Positions 1-9,139 of a stretch of DNA of 64,000 nucleotides are shown here, in pieces. The position numbers and the translations under genes were made by a program. How positions within the stretch are numbered: position 1 is the stretch's first letter; each line of letters opens with the position of its first letter. The stretch comes from Minisyncoccota bacterium. GTDB lineage: Bacteria > Patescibacteriota > Minisyncoccia > UBA6257 > GWB1-50-10. Below the pieces are notes generated by a model. That model was not told the origin of the DNA and did no database searches. It worked only from the letters and a program-made list of their open reading frames with translations. Where the stretch lies: NCBI GenBank assembly GCA_041665265.1, contig JBAYJE010000001.1, positions 35,081 to 99,080 on the forward strand. The letters are read 5' to 3'.

Positions 1-10
1 GAGAGGAAAT

Positions 11-1249
11 ATGAAGATTGCATTCTCAATTTTTGCGGTCGCCGCAATTATTTTCCTTTCAATTTCTGCAAGTGGCGGCGTACAACCGCTTTTTGCGAAT
101 CTTCTTTCACTTACCGAACCATCTTTTGAGACCATCGATCTTGATGCTGTTTCACCCTCTTTTACAAAAAGAACAGGCACTGCCACAAGTGAAGAAGTAC
201 CAAAAATACAGTGCGTGAATTCTCGCAGAGAAGAAACTGTCGAGAAAAGCATTCTATTGAACGAGATTGCGTGGATGGGGACTAATGGAAATATAAAACA
301 CGAATGGATTGAGCTTAGAAATAGTTCATTGAAGTCTGTAGATATTTCTAATTGGGAGCTTCTTGATAAGAGTAAGAAGATTCAAGTGAAGTTTTCAGAA
401 GGCACTACAATAGAGCCCGGTGGTTTCTATATTCTTGCGAGAGGTACGGAAACTATTCCGAATGTTCATGCACACGCTCGATTTTCGGGCACTATTAATG
501 ACGCAGACGAGGTACTCACACTTTTTAGTAATTTGTGCAATAAAGAGGATGAGATAGTAGTTGGTTCTCGATGGCGTGCGGGGGATAACAAGCTAGGAAG
601 AACTGCAGAGCGAGGAAGCAATCTTACATGGCACACATCCGCAGTAGAGGGAGGGACTCCTGGAAAAGAAAACTCAATTCCTCCAACCATAGTGAGTGCA
701 GCAAGTACTATGGGCATGAATCCTCTTGTGACTCCCGTTTCTTCATCCGCAGTTCAAAAAGAACAAGTTACCACAACACCAGTTATTTCTTCTGAGGCAC
801 AAAAACAAGAAGGAAAAGTTGTATTGAGTGAAGTAATGCCAGGAAAAGAGAAAGATGCAGATTTTGAATTCATTGAATTATATAACGACAGTGATACACC
901 AACGAGATTAGATGGGTGGTCACTTAAGAAAAGGAGTTCTACTGGAAAGGAATCGTCATTTATTGCAAAAACAAGACTTCAAGGGAAAACGATTTCTGGG
1001 CATGGTTATCTTTTGTTGGCAAGCGAATCGGGATACGTGGGTACTCCCTCTGCTGATATCCCGTGGCCTTCTTCATATACCCTTGCGGGAACAAATAATG
1101 CGGTTGTGCTCTATAACGCGACTGGTGTAAAAGTGGATGACGCAGTGTGGAGCGAGATACCCGCAGGTTCAAGTTTTGTGCGTGATTCTTGGGACTCGAC
1201 ACAATTTCATCTTTCTACCACCCCCACCCCACAGAATTCAGGAAATTAA
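11..1249 (+). CDS. Secreted lamin-tail-domain (LTD) protein with two LTD-like repeats
   Basis: GAGAGG SD before ATG. N-terminal signal peptide MKIAFSIFAVAAIIFLSISASG. Two LTD-type segments (NEIAWMGTNGN..EWIELRNSS..SNWEL and SEVMPGKEKDADFEFIELYNDSD..LDGWSL) separated by a Thr/Ser/Gln-rich linker. Confidence 0.6.
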   Translation: MKIAFSIFAVAAIIFLSISASGGVQPLFANLLSLTEPSFETIDLDAVSPSFTKRTGTATSEEVPKIQCVNSRREETVEKSILLNEIAWMGTNGNIKHEWIELRNSSLKSVDISNWELLDKSKKIQVKFSEGTTIEPGGFYILARGTETIPNVHAHARFSGTINDADEVLTLFSNLCNKEDEIVVGSRWRAGDNKLGRTAERGSNLTWHTSAVEGGTPGKENSIPPTIVSAASTMGMNPLVTPVSSSAVQKEQVTTTPVISSEAQKQEGKVVLSEVMPGKEKDADFEFIELYNDSDTPTRLDGWSLKKRSSTGKESSFIAKTRLQGKTISGHGYLLLASESGYVGTPSADIPWPSSYTLAGTNNAVVLYNATGVKVDDAVWSEIPAGSSFVRDSWDSTQFHLSTTPTPQNSGN

Positions 1250-1286
1250 TAGCGCGCGTTGTTCATTGTGGTTGGGCCATGATAAA

Positions 1287-1634
1287 ATGAACGGGATGAT
1301 TTCGATTGAAGACTTTTCAAAAGTAGAGCTTAAAACAGCAAAAATTCTTTCCGCAGAGCGAGTAGAAGGTTCTGAAAAATTAGTACGCCTTCAGGTGAAT
1401 GCGGGAGATGTAGATGAGGAGGGGAACATGAGACCAAGACAGATTCTTGCGGGTATTGTGCTCGCGTATGAGCCGTCAGTGCTTGTAGGAAAAAATATTG
1501 TAATTGTGGCAAATCTTGAGCCACGCGCACTTATGGGCTTTGAAAGCCAAGGAATGCTTCTTGCGGCAAGTGATGGAATGCCCGTACTTCTTACGCCCGA
1601 TCGAGAAGTTCCTCCAGGAAGTAAAATTCGATGA
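1287..1634 (+). CDS. tRNA-binding domain protein (CsaA/Trbp111-like OB-fold)
   Basis: MISIEDFSKVELKTAKILSAERVEGSEKLVRLQVNAGD...LEPRALMGFESQGMLLAA matches the MetRS-C/EMAP tRNA-binding fold. Start taken at the internal ATG of table ORF 1137..1634 to avoid overlap with the upstream gene. Confidence 0.65.
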   Translation: MNGMISIEDFSKVELKTAKILSAERVEGSEKLVRLQVNAGDVDEEGNMRPRQILAGIVLAYEPSVLVGKNIVIVANLEPRALMGFESQGMLLAASDGMPVLLTPDREVPPGSKIR

Positions 1635-1996
1635 ATTATTTAACACTATTTTTGAAAATTGTTGCGGGACTTGCGATTGCGAGCGTATTTTGTATTTCTG
1701 CGGTAACACTCATTGGTATGGTTGGACAGGCGGATTGTGTGGCGCGGGCAGTAAACGGTGGCGCATGTCCTGCTGATTCGTTCTCACTCGTTAATTTTCA
1801 TGTGAGCGCATATGCGCGTTTGGCGCAAGCAATCCTTTTCCTTTTTATATTTTTTGCACTTTTTGTTTTTTCTTCAAGGCAAGCGCAGGAATTATTTTTT
1901 GTAGTACGGAAATATATAGTGCACGCACATGTATCATATTTCCCATTTCTTCGATGGGTTGCGTTACATGAGATGAGTCCCACATCACACCTTTAA
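1631..1996 (+). CDS. Hypothetical small membrane protein (Cys-x9-Cys loop; possible VKOR-like N-terminal remnant)
   Basis: Two to three predicted TM helices. Loop DCVARAVNGGACPADSFSLVNFHVSAYARL resembles the VKOR periplasmic Cys-pair loop, but no CxxC active site follows. Confidence 0.35.
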   Translation: MNYLTLFLKIVAGLAIASVFCISAVTLIGMVGQADCVARAVNGGACPADSFSLVNFHVSAYARLAQAILFLFIFFALFVFSSRQAQELFFVVRKYIVHAHVSYFPFLRWVALHEMSPTSHL

Positions 1997-2033
1997 AGAG
2001 GCGTAGTAAAAGTTTTGTGTTATTAAGCAGCAA

Positions 2034-2822
2034 TTGTATCTTATGAAAAATAAATCATTTAAAGTGATAGCCACAGTCGCATTTCTTCTTGTCGGTATTT
2101 TAGGATTTCTTAAGTTCACTGGCGCCGATCTTCTAACTCAGATGGCAAATGGCGGCATGCCACTTCTTCTTCTTGTAACCATCTCGGCACTTCTTGATAG
2201 CATCAATCCATGCGCGTTCTCAATTCTTCTTCTTACCATCGCATTTCTTTTTAGCATGGGAGAATTGAAGAAAAAGGTTCTCGTGATTGGATCGATGTAT
2301 ATTGCAGGAGTATTTGCGGTATATGTGTTAATAGGGCTCGGAATTTTGAGAACGCTTTCCTTCTTTAATATCCCCGGGTTTATGGGAAAGATAGGTGCTT
2401 CGCTCATTATTGTGCTCGGCATTCTCGATCTCGTGAACACCTATTTCCCTGCATTTCCGATTAAATTGAAAATTCCTACCGGATCGCATAAGACAATGGC
2501 GATACTTATGGAAAAGAGCTCGGTGCCTGCCGCATTTCTTCTTGGTGTATTTGTGGGATTGTGTGAATTTCCATGCACGGGAGGCCCTTATCTCCTTATT
2601 TTGGGATTATTACATGATACGCGTACGTATATAGTGGGCTTGGAATACTTATTGTATTACAATCTTATTTTCATTTTGCCACTCATCGTAATTCTTCTTA
2701 TTTCATCGAATCCGTTACTTCTTCAGAAAGTACAGGCGTGGAAGAGTTCAAGTACGGGAGATATGAGATTTGCGAGCGGCATCCTCATGATTCTTCTTGG
2801 TGTTATCATCTTTTTGCTTTAG
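2034..2822 (+). CDS. ccdA: Cytochrome c biogenesis / thiol-disulfide transporter CcdA (DsbD transmembrane family)
   Basis: Polytopic membrane protein with two conserved Cys-Pro-containing motifs (LDSINPCAFSIL and CEFPCTGGPYL) typical of CcdA/DsbD-beta. Confidence 0.75.
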   Translation: MYLMKNKSFKVIATVAFLLVGILGFLKFTGADLLTQMANGGMPLLLLVTISALLDSINPCAFSILLLTIAFLFSMGELKKKVLVIGSMYIAGVFAVYVLIGLGILRTLSFFNIPGFMGKIGASLIIVLGILDLVNTYFPAFPIKLKIPTGSHKTMAILMEKSSVPAAFLLGVFVGLCEFPCTGGPYLLILGLLHDTRTYIVGLEYLLYYNLIFILPLIVILLISSNPLLLQKVQAWKSSSTGDMRFASGILMILLGVIIFLL

Positions 2823-2861
2823 CATGTCGTACTCAAAACATAAAAATAGTAAACTAAATAT

Positions 2862-2945
2862 ATGAACCCCGTTAGAAATTCTATGGCAATAGAATTTCTA
2901 ATTAGGGTATCACAACAAATAAAATTATGAACATTTCTAACGGGG
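2862..2945 (+). promoter_or_regulatory. Leader element A: motif ATGAACCCCGTTAGA, 13-bp long-range inverted repeat (2867..2879 / 2933..2945) and nested local hairpin (2875..2898). uORF ending ATGA on the start of gene 2927.
   Basis: Read directly. The right arm covers codons 3-7 of the downstream gene. Confidence 0.45.
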
Positions 2946-3475
2946 CGAACGAAACAGATAAAAAAATGGAACAGCTCATGGCGAAGGTCAATGAGATGAA
3001 AAAAAGTGGTACCGTTGACCTTTCCCTTGAGGAAGATCTTTCGATTGCCATTATGAATTTGGTAAGTTTAGAAGAACACTTCTTCTTTACTGCAGAAAAA
3101 ACGAAAAAAGATGAATATTTCAATCTTTTGTCAGAAGTACGTGAAATTCGTAAATCACTTTTAGGGCGCATGATTGATACACACGAAGGGGAGACCTGGT
3201 GTATTTCAAAACATCTTCTTGCCGCTTCAATGCGAGTGATGGAAGTTGCTACAAAATTGCAGGGTGATGGAAAAAAAGAAGAGGCAAAGGAAATGTTTGA
3301 TAAGGCTTATCACCTTTATTCTATGTTCTGGGCACTTCGGTTAAAATTAATAGATTTGAAGGGAGTAAAAAAAGTCTCTGATAACGCGATTAACGTGCAT
3401 GACGAGAAGGGAACAAAAAAACCGTGGTCAGTCGAAGATATTGTGGAAAAGCTTGTAAATTGTTGCGATGAATAA
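2927..3475 (+). CDS. Hypothetical cytoplasmic protein (C-terminal CC motif), translationally coupled to the thioredoxin-like gene
   Basis: 182-aa ORF. Its stop overlaps the start of 3468..3863 by 8 nt. No recognisable domain. Its start codon sits inside the right arm of a 13-bp inverted repeat. Confidence 0.5.
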   Translation: MNISNGANETDKKMEQLMAKVNEMKKSGTVDLSLEEDLSIAIMNLVSLEEHFFFTAEKTKKDEYFNLLSEVREIRKSLLGRMIDTHEGETWCISKHLLAASMRVMEVATKLQGDGKKEEAKEMFDKAYHLYSMFWALRLKLIDLKGVKKVSDNAINVHDEKGTKKPWSVEDIVEKLVNCCDE

Positions 3476-3863
3476 TCAAATGAAAAGTATTGCGGTCACC
3501 TTAGGACTTATCGTGGGAGCACTCTTATTTATTTGGGGTCTCTGGTACATTACACAACCAAAAAAACCAACTGGAAATCTTGTGCCATTTGCACAATGTC
3601 TTGCAGAGAAAAAAGTAACTATGTACGGAGCGTATTGGTGTAGTCATTGTAAAACACAAAAAGCACTTTTTGGTGATTCGATTGTTTATGTGCCTTACGT
3701 GGAATGCACCGAAAATCCAAAACTTTGTGAAGCAAAAGGAGTACAAGGATATCCGACATGGATTGTTCCGAGTGATGGTGGCGACAAGAAGCTTTCTGGG
3801 GGGCAGAGCCTTGAAACGCTTGCTAAAGAAAGCGGATGTATTCTCCCGCCTTTAGAAGATTAA
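3468..3863 (+). CDS. Membrane-anchored thioredoxin-like protein of the VKOR-associated Trx family
   Basis: N-terminal TM anchor, then MYGAYWCSHCKTQKALFG...VPYVEC...C...GYPTW, the signature of the Trx-like domain normally fused to bacterial VKOR. Confidence 0.7.
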   Translation: MNNQMKSIAVTLGLIVGALLFIWGLWYITQPKKPTGNLVPFAQCLAEKKVTMYGAYWCSHCKTQKALFGDSIVYVPYVECTENPKLCEAKGVQGYPTWIVPSDGGDKKLSGGQSLETLAKESGCILPPLED

Positions 3864-3867
3864 TCGC

Positions 3868-5151
3868 ATGAAGATAAAGAATTTTCACGATCTAGCCACT
3901 AATAGGATTCGAGAAGTAGCGCTCATGATTGCCGAAACGGGACTTGAGGCCATCGATACAGAGTTGGTCGTAGAAAAACGAGTAGTGCTTCAGGGAAATA
4001 CGCTCATTATTCAAGGAAGGTATATTTCGCTGGTGGCGATTGAACGAATATTTGTGGTGGGTGCGGGGAAGTGTTCACTCGATGCAGCAAAAGTACTTGA
4101 GAGAGTATTAGGTGAGCGCCTTACGGGAGGAATAGTAATTGGTGTTGGAGAAACCCAATTAACCAAGATAAGAGCGGTTAAAGGAACACATCCATTTCCG
4201 AGCCCAATAAACGTAAGTGCAACTGCAGAAATAATAAAATTTCTTTCTGGAATGACGGAACACGATCTCGTGCTTTTCGTCATCTCCGGAGGAGGCTCAA
4301 CACTTCTTTGTCAGCCTCCCCAGGGATTAACATATGAAGATGAGGCGCGCACGCTTAAACTTCTTTTTGAAAAAGGAGCGACGATTGAGGAGATAAATAC
4401 ATTGCGCAAACACCTTTCTTTTGCGCGCGGAGGATTTCTTGCAGAGTACGCATATCCCGCACAGATAGTCTCGCTCGCATTTTCTGATGTACCAGGAAAT
4501 AAAATTGAACTTGTGGCATCAGGCCCTACAGTAAAAGATATAACTACCGTGGCTGATGCACGTCGCATTATTGAAAAATTTAATATTGAGAAGGAAATTG
4601 GACTCACAATCCCACTCATCGAAACTCCAAAGGAGGAGAAGTATTTTGCGCATGTGTGGAATACGCTCTTGGTATCAAATGAGATTGCACTTGAGGCAAT
4701 GGCAGAAAAGGCGAGAGAGCTTGGATTTTCTCCTATTATTAAAACCACCACAATTTCTGGAGAGGCGCGCGATATTGGCACAATGATAGTAAAAGAATTA
4801 CATGCCGCACCATCGCGAAGCATTCTCCTTTATGGAGGAGAGCCTACGGTAACTGTAAAAAAGCCGGGGAAGGGAGGGCGTGGACTTGAGTTAGTACTAT
4901 GTGCGCTTCAGTCTATTGTGCCTGGTGAATTGGTTCTTTCTATCGCATCAGATGGGCGTGATAACTGCGATTTTGCGGGCGCGCTCTGTGATATAATTAC
5001 GAAGGAAAAAGCACTTACGTTTGGACTTGATGCAGTAAAGTGTCTCGAAGAAAATATGTCCTATTATTTTTTTGAACACGAATTCGATTACCTTATGACG
5101 GGAATTACCGGATCGAACGTATCAGATCTTCTTGTGGGTGTAAAATTATAA
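3868..5151 (+). CDS. Glycerate 2-kinase, MOFRL family
   Basis: VVGAGKCSLDAAKVLERVLG..GGIVIGVGE (DUF4147 motif) and LLYGGEPTVTVKKPGKGGRGLELVLCA..SIASDGRDN (MOFRL motif). Confidence 0.75.
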   Translation: MKIKNFHDLATNRIREVALMIAETGLEAIDTELVVEKRVVLQGNTLIIQGRYISLVAIERIFVVGAGKCSLDAAKVLERVLGERLTGGIVIGVGETQLTKIRAVKGTHPFPSPINVSATAEIIKFLSGMTEHDLVLFVISGGGSTLLCQPPQGLTYEDEARTLKLLFEKGATIEEINTLRKHLSFARGGFLAEYAYPAQIVSLAFSDVPGNKIELVASGPTVKDITTVADARRIIEKFNIEKEIGLTIPLIETPKEEKYFAHVWNTLLVSNEIALEAMAEKARELGFSPIIKTTTISGEARDIGTMIVKELHAAPSRSILLYGGEPTVTVKKPGKGGRGLELVLCALQSIVPGELVLSIASDGRDNCDFAGALCDIITKEKALTFGLDAVKCLEENMSYYFFEHEFDYLMTGITGSNVSDLLVGVKL

Positions 5152-5156
5152 TTATT

Positions 5157-7598
5157 ATGACAAAAGAAACATCAGGTGCGTTGATAAAATGGTTTGCGGA
5201 TACTGGTATTGAGGATGTACCACATGTAGGAGGGAAGAACGCGGCACTTGGTGAAATGTACGCAAATCTTGTGCCACTTGGTGTAAATATTCCTGATGGA
5301 TTTGCGCTTACCGCAGAAGCATATCGTTTCTTTTTTGAGAAAACAGGTCTCGACAAGCAGGTGCGCGAGATTCTCTCTGATCTTGATACGCATAATCTTC
5401 GTAATCTTCAGGTGCGCGCGAAGAAGGTGAGAGAAGCAATTCTTGCTGCGGAGCTCCCACCCTCATTAAATGAGGCACTCACGAAGGCGTATGCAACGAT
5501 GGAAGAGAAGTATGGGAAAGATATTGATGTAGCAGTGCGCTCTTCTGCAACTGCTGAAGATCTTCCGGGTGCATCATTTGCGGGTCAGCAGGAGACTTAC
5601 CTTAATATACGCGGCATTCGAAACGTGCTTTTTGCAACGAAGCGTTGCATTGCATCACTTTTTACAGATCGTGCTGTTTCGTATCGTGCGGACAAGGGAT
5701 TTTCCCATTTTGATACCGCACTTTCTGTAGGGGTGCAGCGTATGGTTCGTTCTGATGTTGCGTCTTCGGGTGTAGCATTTACTCTCGATACCGAATCTGG
5801 ATTTGATAAGGTGATAGTGATTAACGGTATCTATGGTCTTGGCGAATTTATTGTGCAAGGGAAGGTTATTCCCGATGAATTTGTAGTGTTTAAGCCAACT
5901 CTTGAAAAGGGATATAACGCTATTATCGCCAAAGATTTAGGAAAGAAAAATATTAAGTTAGTTTATGCCAGTCATGGTACTAAGCAGACCTCAGTGTCGT
6001 GGAAAGACGAACAGAAATTTTCTTTGAGTGATGCTGAAGTTATTACGCTTGCAAAGTGGTGTATATTGATCGAGAAACATTTTTCAGAGAAGAGGGGACA
6101 TCTTCAACCAATGGACATAGAGTGGGCAAAAGATGGACGTACGGGAGAATTATTTATTGTGCAGGCACGTCCTGAAACGGTACATGCAGGACAAGACAAA
6201 TCAATTTATAAAGAATATCGTCTTGGTAAAAAAGGCGAAGTGCGTGTTTCTGGTATTGCGGTAGGTGCAAAAGTTGCTTCGGGAAAAGTGCGCATTTTGC
6301 GCGATGCAAAAAGCATCAACACCTTTCAGAAGGGGGAGGTGCTTGTTACAGAAATTACCGATCCTGATTGGGAACCAATCATGAAAATCGCATCCGCGAT
6401 TGTGACCGATAAAGGTGGAAGGACGTCACATGCAGCAATCGTTTCTCGTGAACTTGGTATTCCTTGTATTGTAGGCACGCGAAATGCAACAAAAATTCTT
6501 CGTGGAGGGGAAGAAGTGACCGTGGACTGTTCTTCGGGCGAGAAGGGTGTGGTGTATGGAGGAGTCTTACCTTTTGAAGTATTGGAGCATCATTTAGACA
6601 CCATTCCTCGTATCAAAACGAAGATTATGGTAAATATCGGTTCTCCTGATGAGGCGTTTAAGCATCATTATTTACCAGTAAAAGGCGTGGGGTTGGGAAG
6701 GCTCGAATTTATTATCGCATCTCATATCAGAATTCATCCTAATGCGCTTATTAATTTTAATAAATTAAAACATGGCTCGAAAACATTTGCGATGCGCAGA
6801 ATGTTGAATGAGATTGAGAAGGCCACTCTTGGATATGAAGACAAGGCACAATTTTATGTAGATGAGCTTGCAGAAGGAATCGCAAAAATTGCAGCGGCAT
6901 TTTATCCTAATGATGTCATTATTCGTTTCTCTGATTTTAAAACGAACGAATATAGCAAGCTTATCGGAGGCGAGATGTACGAACCTCACGAGGAGAATCC
7001 TATGCTTGGATGGCGTGGTGCGTCGCGATACTACGATCCTAAGTTTAAGGAGGCATTTGGCCTTGAGTGTAGAGCATTTAAAAAGGTACGTGAGGAGATG
7101 GGACTTCAAAATGTGATTCCGATGGTACCATTTTGTAGAACCCCTGAGGAAGGAAAGAAGGTAGTTGATTCGATGGCAGAACATGGACTCGATCGCAGTA
7201 AGGACAAGAAATTGAAGGTATATGTGATGTGCGAAATTCCTTCAAATATTCTTCTCGCAGATGAATTTCTTGAAATATTTGATGGTATGTCGATTGGCTC
7301 AAATGATCTTACTCAACTCGCACTTGGTCTTGATCGCGATTCTGGAATTCTCACCCATATTGGAAATGAAAATAATGAAGCAGTAAAAAAACTTATTGCA
7401 GAAATCATTGCCAAATGTTTAGCACGAAAGAAGTACATTGGCATCTGTGGACAGGCACCTTCTGACTATCCCGCATTTGCACAGTTTCTCATCGAGCAGG
7501 GAATCGAGAGTATGTCCTTGAATCCCGACACGGTAATAAAAACAATTATGGCCCTTGGGAAGAAAGAGAAAAAACCAAAAGAGAAACCAGCTATTTAA
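5157..7598 (+). CDS. ppsA: Phosphoenolpyruvate synthase (pyruvate, water dikinase)
   Basis: 813 aa. N-terminal ATP-grasp (VGGKNAALGEM), swivel phospho-His domain (GGRTSHAAIVSRELGIPCIVG), C-terminal PEP-utilising TIM barrel. Confidence 0.9.
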   Translation: MTKETSGALIKWFADTGIEDVPHVGGKNAALGEMYANLVPLGVNIPDGFALTAEAYRFFFEKTGLDKQVREILSDLDTHNLRNLQVRAKKVREAILAAELPPSLNEALTKAYATMEEKYGKDIDVAVRSSATAEDLPGASFAGQQETYLNIRGIRNVLFATKRCIASLFTDRAVSYRADKGFSHFDTALSVGVQRMVRSDVASSGVAFTLDTESGFDKVIVINGIYGLGEFIVQGKVIPDEFVVFKPTLEKGYNAIIAKDLGKKNIKLVYASHGTKQTSVSWKDEQKFSLSDAEVITLAKWCILIEKHFSEKRGHLQPMDIEWAKDGRTGELFIVQARPETVHAGQDKSIYKEYRLGKKGEVRVSGIAVGAKVASGKVRILRDAKSINTFQKGEVLVTEITDPDWEPIMKIASAIVTDKGGRTSHAAIVSRELGIPCIVGTRNATKILRGGEEVTVDCSSGEKGVVYGGVLPFEVLEHHLDTIPRIKTKIMVNIGSPDEAFKHHYLPVKGVGLGRLEFIIASHIRIHPNALINFNKLKHGSKTFAMRRMLNEIEKATLGYEDKAQFYVDELAEGIAKIAAAFYPNDVIIRFSDFKTNEYSKLIGGEMYEPHEENPMLGWRGASRYYDPKFKEAFGLECRAFKKVREEMGLQNVIPMVPFCRTPEEGKKVVDSMAEHGLDRSKDKKLKVYVMCEIPSNILLADEFLEIFDGMSIGSNDLTQLALGLDRDSGILTHIGNENNEAVKKLIAEIIAKCLARKKYIGICGQAPSDYPAFAQFLIEQGIESMSLNPDTVIKTIMALGKKEKKPKEKPAI

Positions 7599-7615
7599 AG
7601 ACTAAGAGATGAGTA

Positions 7616-7650
7616 TAAAACTCCGCGTAATGCGGAGTTTTATCTTTTTC
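7616..7650 (+). terminator. Intrinsic terminator after ppsA
   Basis: AAAACTCCGC-gtaat-GCGGAGTTTT plus T-run. Confidence 0.7.
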
Positions 7651-7704
7651 TGAATAGGGGTACACTAAGAATAGTTCACTTTTATTAGTTATTGGGAGGC
7701 CATC

Positions 7705-8058
7705 ATGCCTGTATATATTTATGATTCTGACGCGTTTGAAAAACTTGTTGAAGTTGAAGGTTCGGCATATCGCGTGCAGCAAAACAATATAGGATTCTGT
7801 TCATTTGGAGCCTTTTTCCAAAAATGGAGTGCATTCGTATCGAGTAATAAGAAATTTACTGAACTACGACCAGAATTTGCAATCCATGTGGGAGATAATT
7901 CCATGTTGTACGGGCTTGGAGGACGAAATCGCTATTGCGTGTTGAATACAGGAGAAATTATGCTCCTTAAAACATCACTCAGTCCGAATACCCTCGATTT
8001 CTATACCGAGCGAGCCCATCATGCAGGATTCCGTATCTTTCCTGATGAATTTCCGTAA
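7705..8058 (+). CDS. Hypothetical protein
   Basis: GGGAGG SD, terminators on both sides, no recognisable domain. Confidence 0.5.
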   Translation: MPVYIYDSDAFEKLVEVEGSAYRVQQNNIGFCSFGAFFQKWSAFVSSNKKFTELRPEFAIHVGDNSMLYGLGGRNRYCVLNTGEIMLLKTSLSPNTLDFYTERAHHAGFRIFPDEFP

Positions 8059-8068
8059 GTCGTCAAAT

Positions 8069-8099
8069 ACCCGTACTGTAAAGTACGGGTTTATTTTTT
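8069..8099 (+). terminator. Intrinsic terminator
   Basis: ACCCGTACT-gtaa-AGTACGGGT plus TTTATTTTTT. Confidence 0.7.
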
Positions 8100-8134
8100 A
8101 GTAGGGCATAGTGTGGTAAAATTGAGTCAATCAT

Positions 8135-9139
8135 ATGAAAATAGGTTTTTTTGAGCTTGAGGGATGGGAAGAGAAAATAGTTCGCGAAACATTTTCTGGA
8201 CACGAGGTGCGATTTAGTAACATGAAAATTACTGAACAGGATCTTCCTCCACAGAATGATTTTGATGTACTTTCTGTATTTGTAGATTCTCGTATTACTC
8301 CCGCAGTACTCACGCATTTTCCTAGCGTAAAACTTATTACGACACGCTCCACAGGCTTTGATCATGTTGATGTGGCGGCGTGTAAGGCAAAAGGGATTTC
8401 TGTTGCATCGGTGCCAGGCTATGGCGACAACACTGTAGCGGAGTTTGCATTTGGACTCATGCTTAATCTTTCTCGTAAACTCTATCAAGCAATCGATCAA
8501 ATAAAAGAAATCGAATCATTCTCACAAAAAGGACTTCGTGGTTTTGATCTGAAAGGGAAGACGCTTGGGGTGGTGGGTACGGGACGAATTGGAAAGGAGG
8601 TAATAAAGATTGCAAAAGGGTTTGGTATGGAGGTAATAGCGTTCGACCCATTCCCTAATGCGGAAACAGCACTTGCTCTTGGGTTCACCTATTTTCCTCT
8701 TGAGGGCCTTCTGGGAAAGGCAGATATTATCACACTTCATTGCCCTTTAACCGATATTACCAAGCATCTTATTAATCGAAAGAATATTGGAATGATTAAG
8801 AAAGGAGCATATCTCATTAATACTGCGCGTGGTGGCATTGTAGAAACTGATGCGCTTGTGGAGGCGCTTGAAAAGGGGATTCTTGCAGGTGCAGGGCTCG
8901 ATGTGCTTGAGGAGGAGGGAGAGACGAAAGACGAGATGCGTTTTTTGAGTGAGAACACACCTCACGAAAAAGAACTAAAAACAATACTTCAAAATCATAT
9001 TCTTATGAATATGCCGAATGTGATTATTACTCCTCACAATGCCTTTAATTCGCAAGAGGCATTAGAGAGAATATTAAGTACCACACTCGAGAATATCGCA
9101 GGATTTATTGCGGGGACACCAAAAAATATTATTCCCTAA
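8135..9139 (+). CDS. D-isomer-specific 2-hydroxyacid dehydrogenase (D-lactate/glycerate dehydrogenase family)
   Basis: NAD-binding GVVGTGRIGKEV..., catalytic R/E/H arrangement. 334 aa. Confidence 0.8.
   Translation: MKIGFFELEGWEEKIVRETFSGHEVRFSNMKITEQDLPPQNDFDVLSVFVDSRITPAVLTHFPSVKLITTRSTGFDHVDVAACKAKGISVASVPGYGDNTVAEFAFGLMLNLSRKLYQAIDQIKEIESFSQKGLRGFDLKGKTLGVVGTGRIGKEVIKIAKGFGMEVIAFDPFPNAETALALGFTYFPLEGLLGKADIITLHCPLTDITKHLINRKNIGMIKKGAYLINTARGGIVETDALVEALEKGILAGAGLDVLEEEGETKDEMRFLSENTPHEKELKTILQNHILMNMPNVIITPHNAFNSQEALERILSTTLENIAGFIAGTPKNIIP

Noticed and set aside
18-218. 66-aa + ORF overlapping the LTD gene in another frame. Similar overlapping-frame ORFs are 28915..29244, 29526..29775, 912..1130, 1504..1776 and 39496..39863.
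   Set aside because: Out-of-frame overlaps with better-supported genes. No independent translation signals.
1137-1286. Upstream extension of the tRNA-binding-protein ORF to 1137.
   Set aside because: The extension overlaps the end of the LTD gene and translates to low-complexity sequence. The conserved domain starts at the ATG at 1287.
4311-4823. 170-aa minus-strand ORF inside the glycerate kinase gene. Similar antisense ORFs sit at 6765..7184 in ppsA, 33202..33756 in tgt, 44703..45050, 52466..52876 in mreB, 54667..55167 in rseP and 57567..57968 in the second mreB.
   Set aside because: Each lies fully within a well-supported conserved gene on the opposite strand. Each has low-complexity Ser/Arg/Pro-rich translations and no RBS. 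These are typical shadow ORFs.
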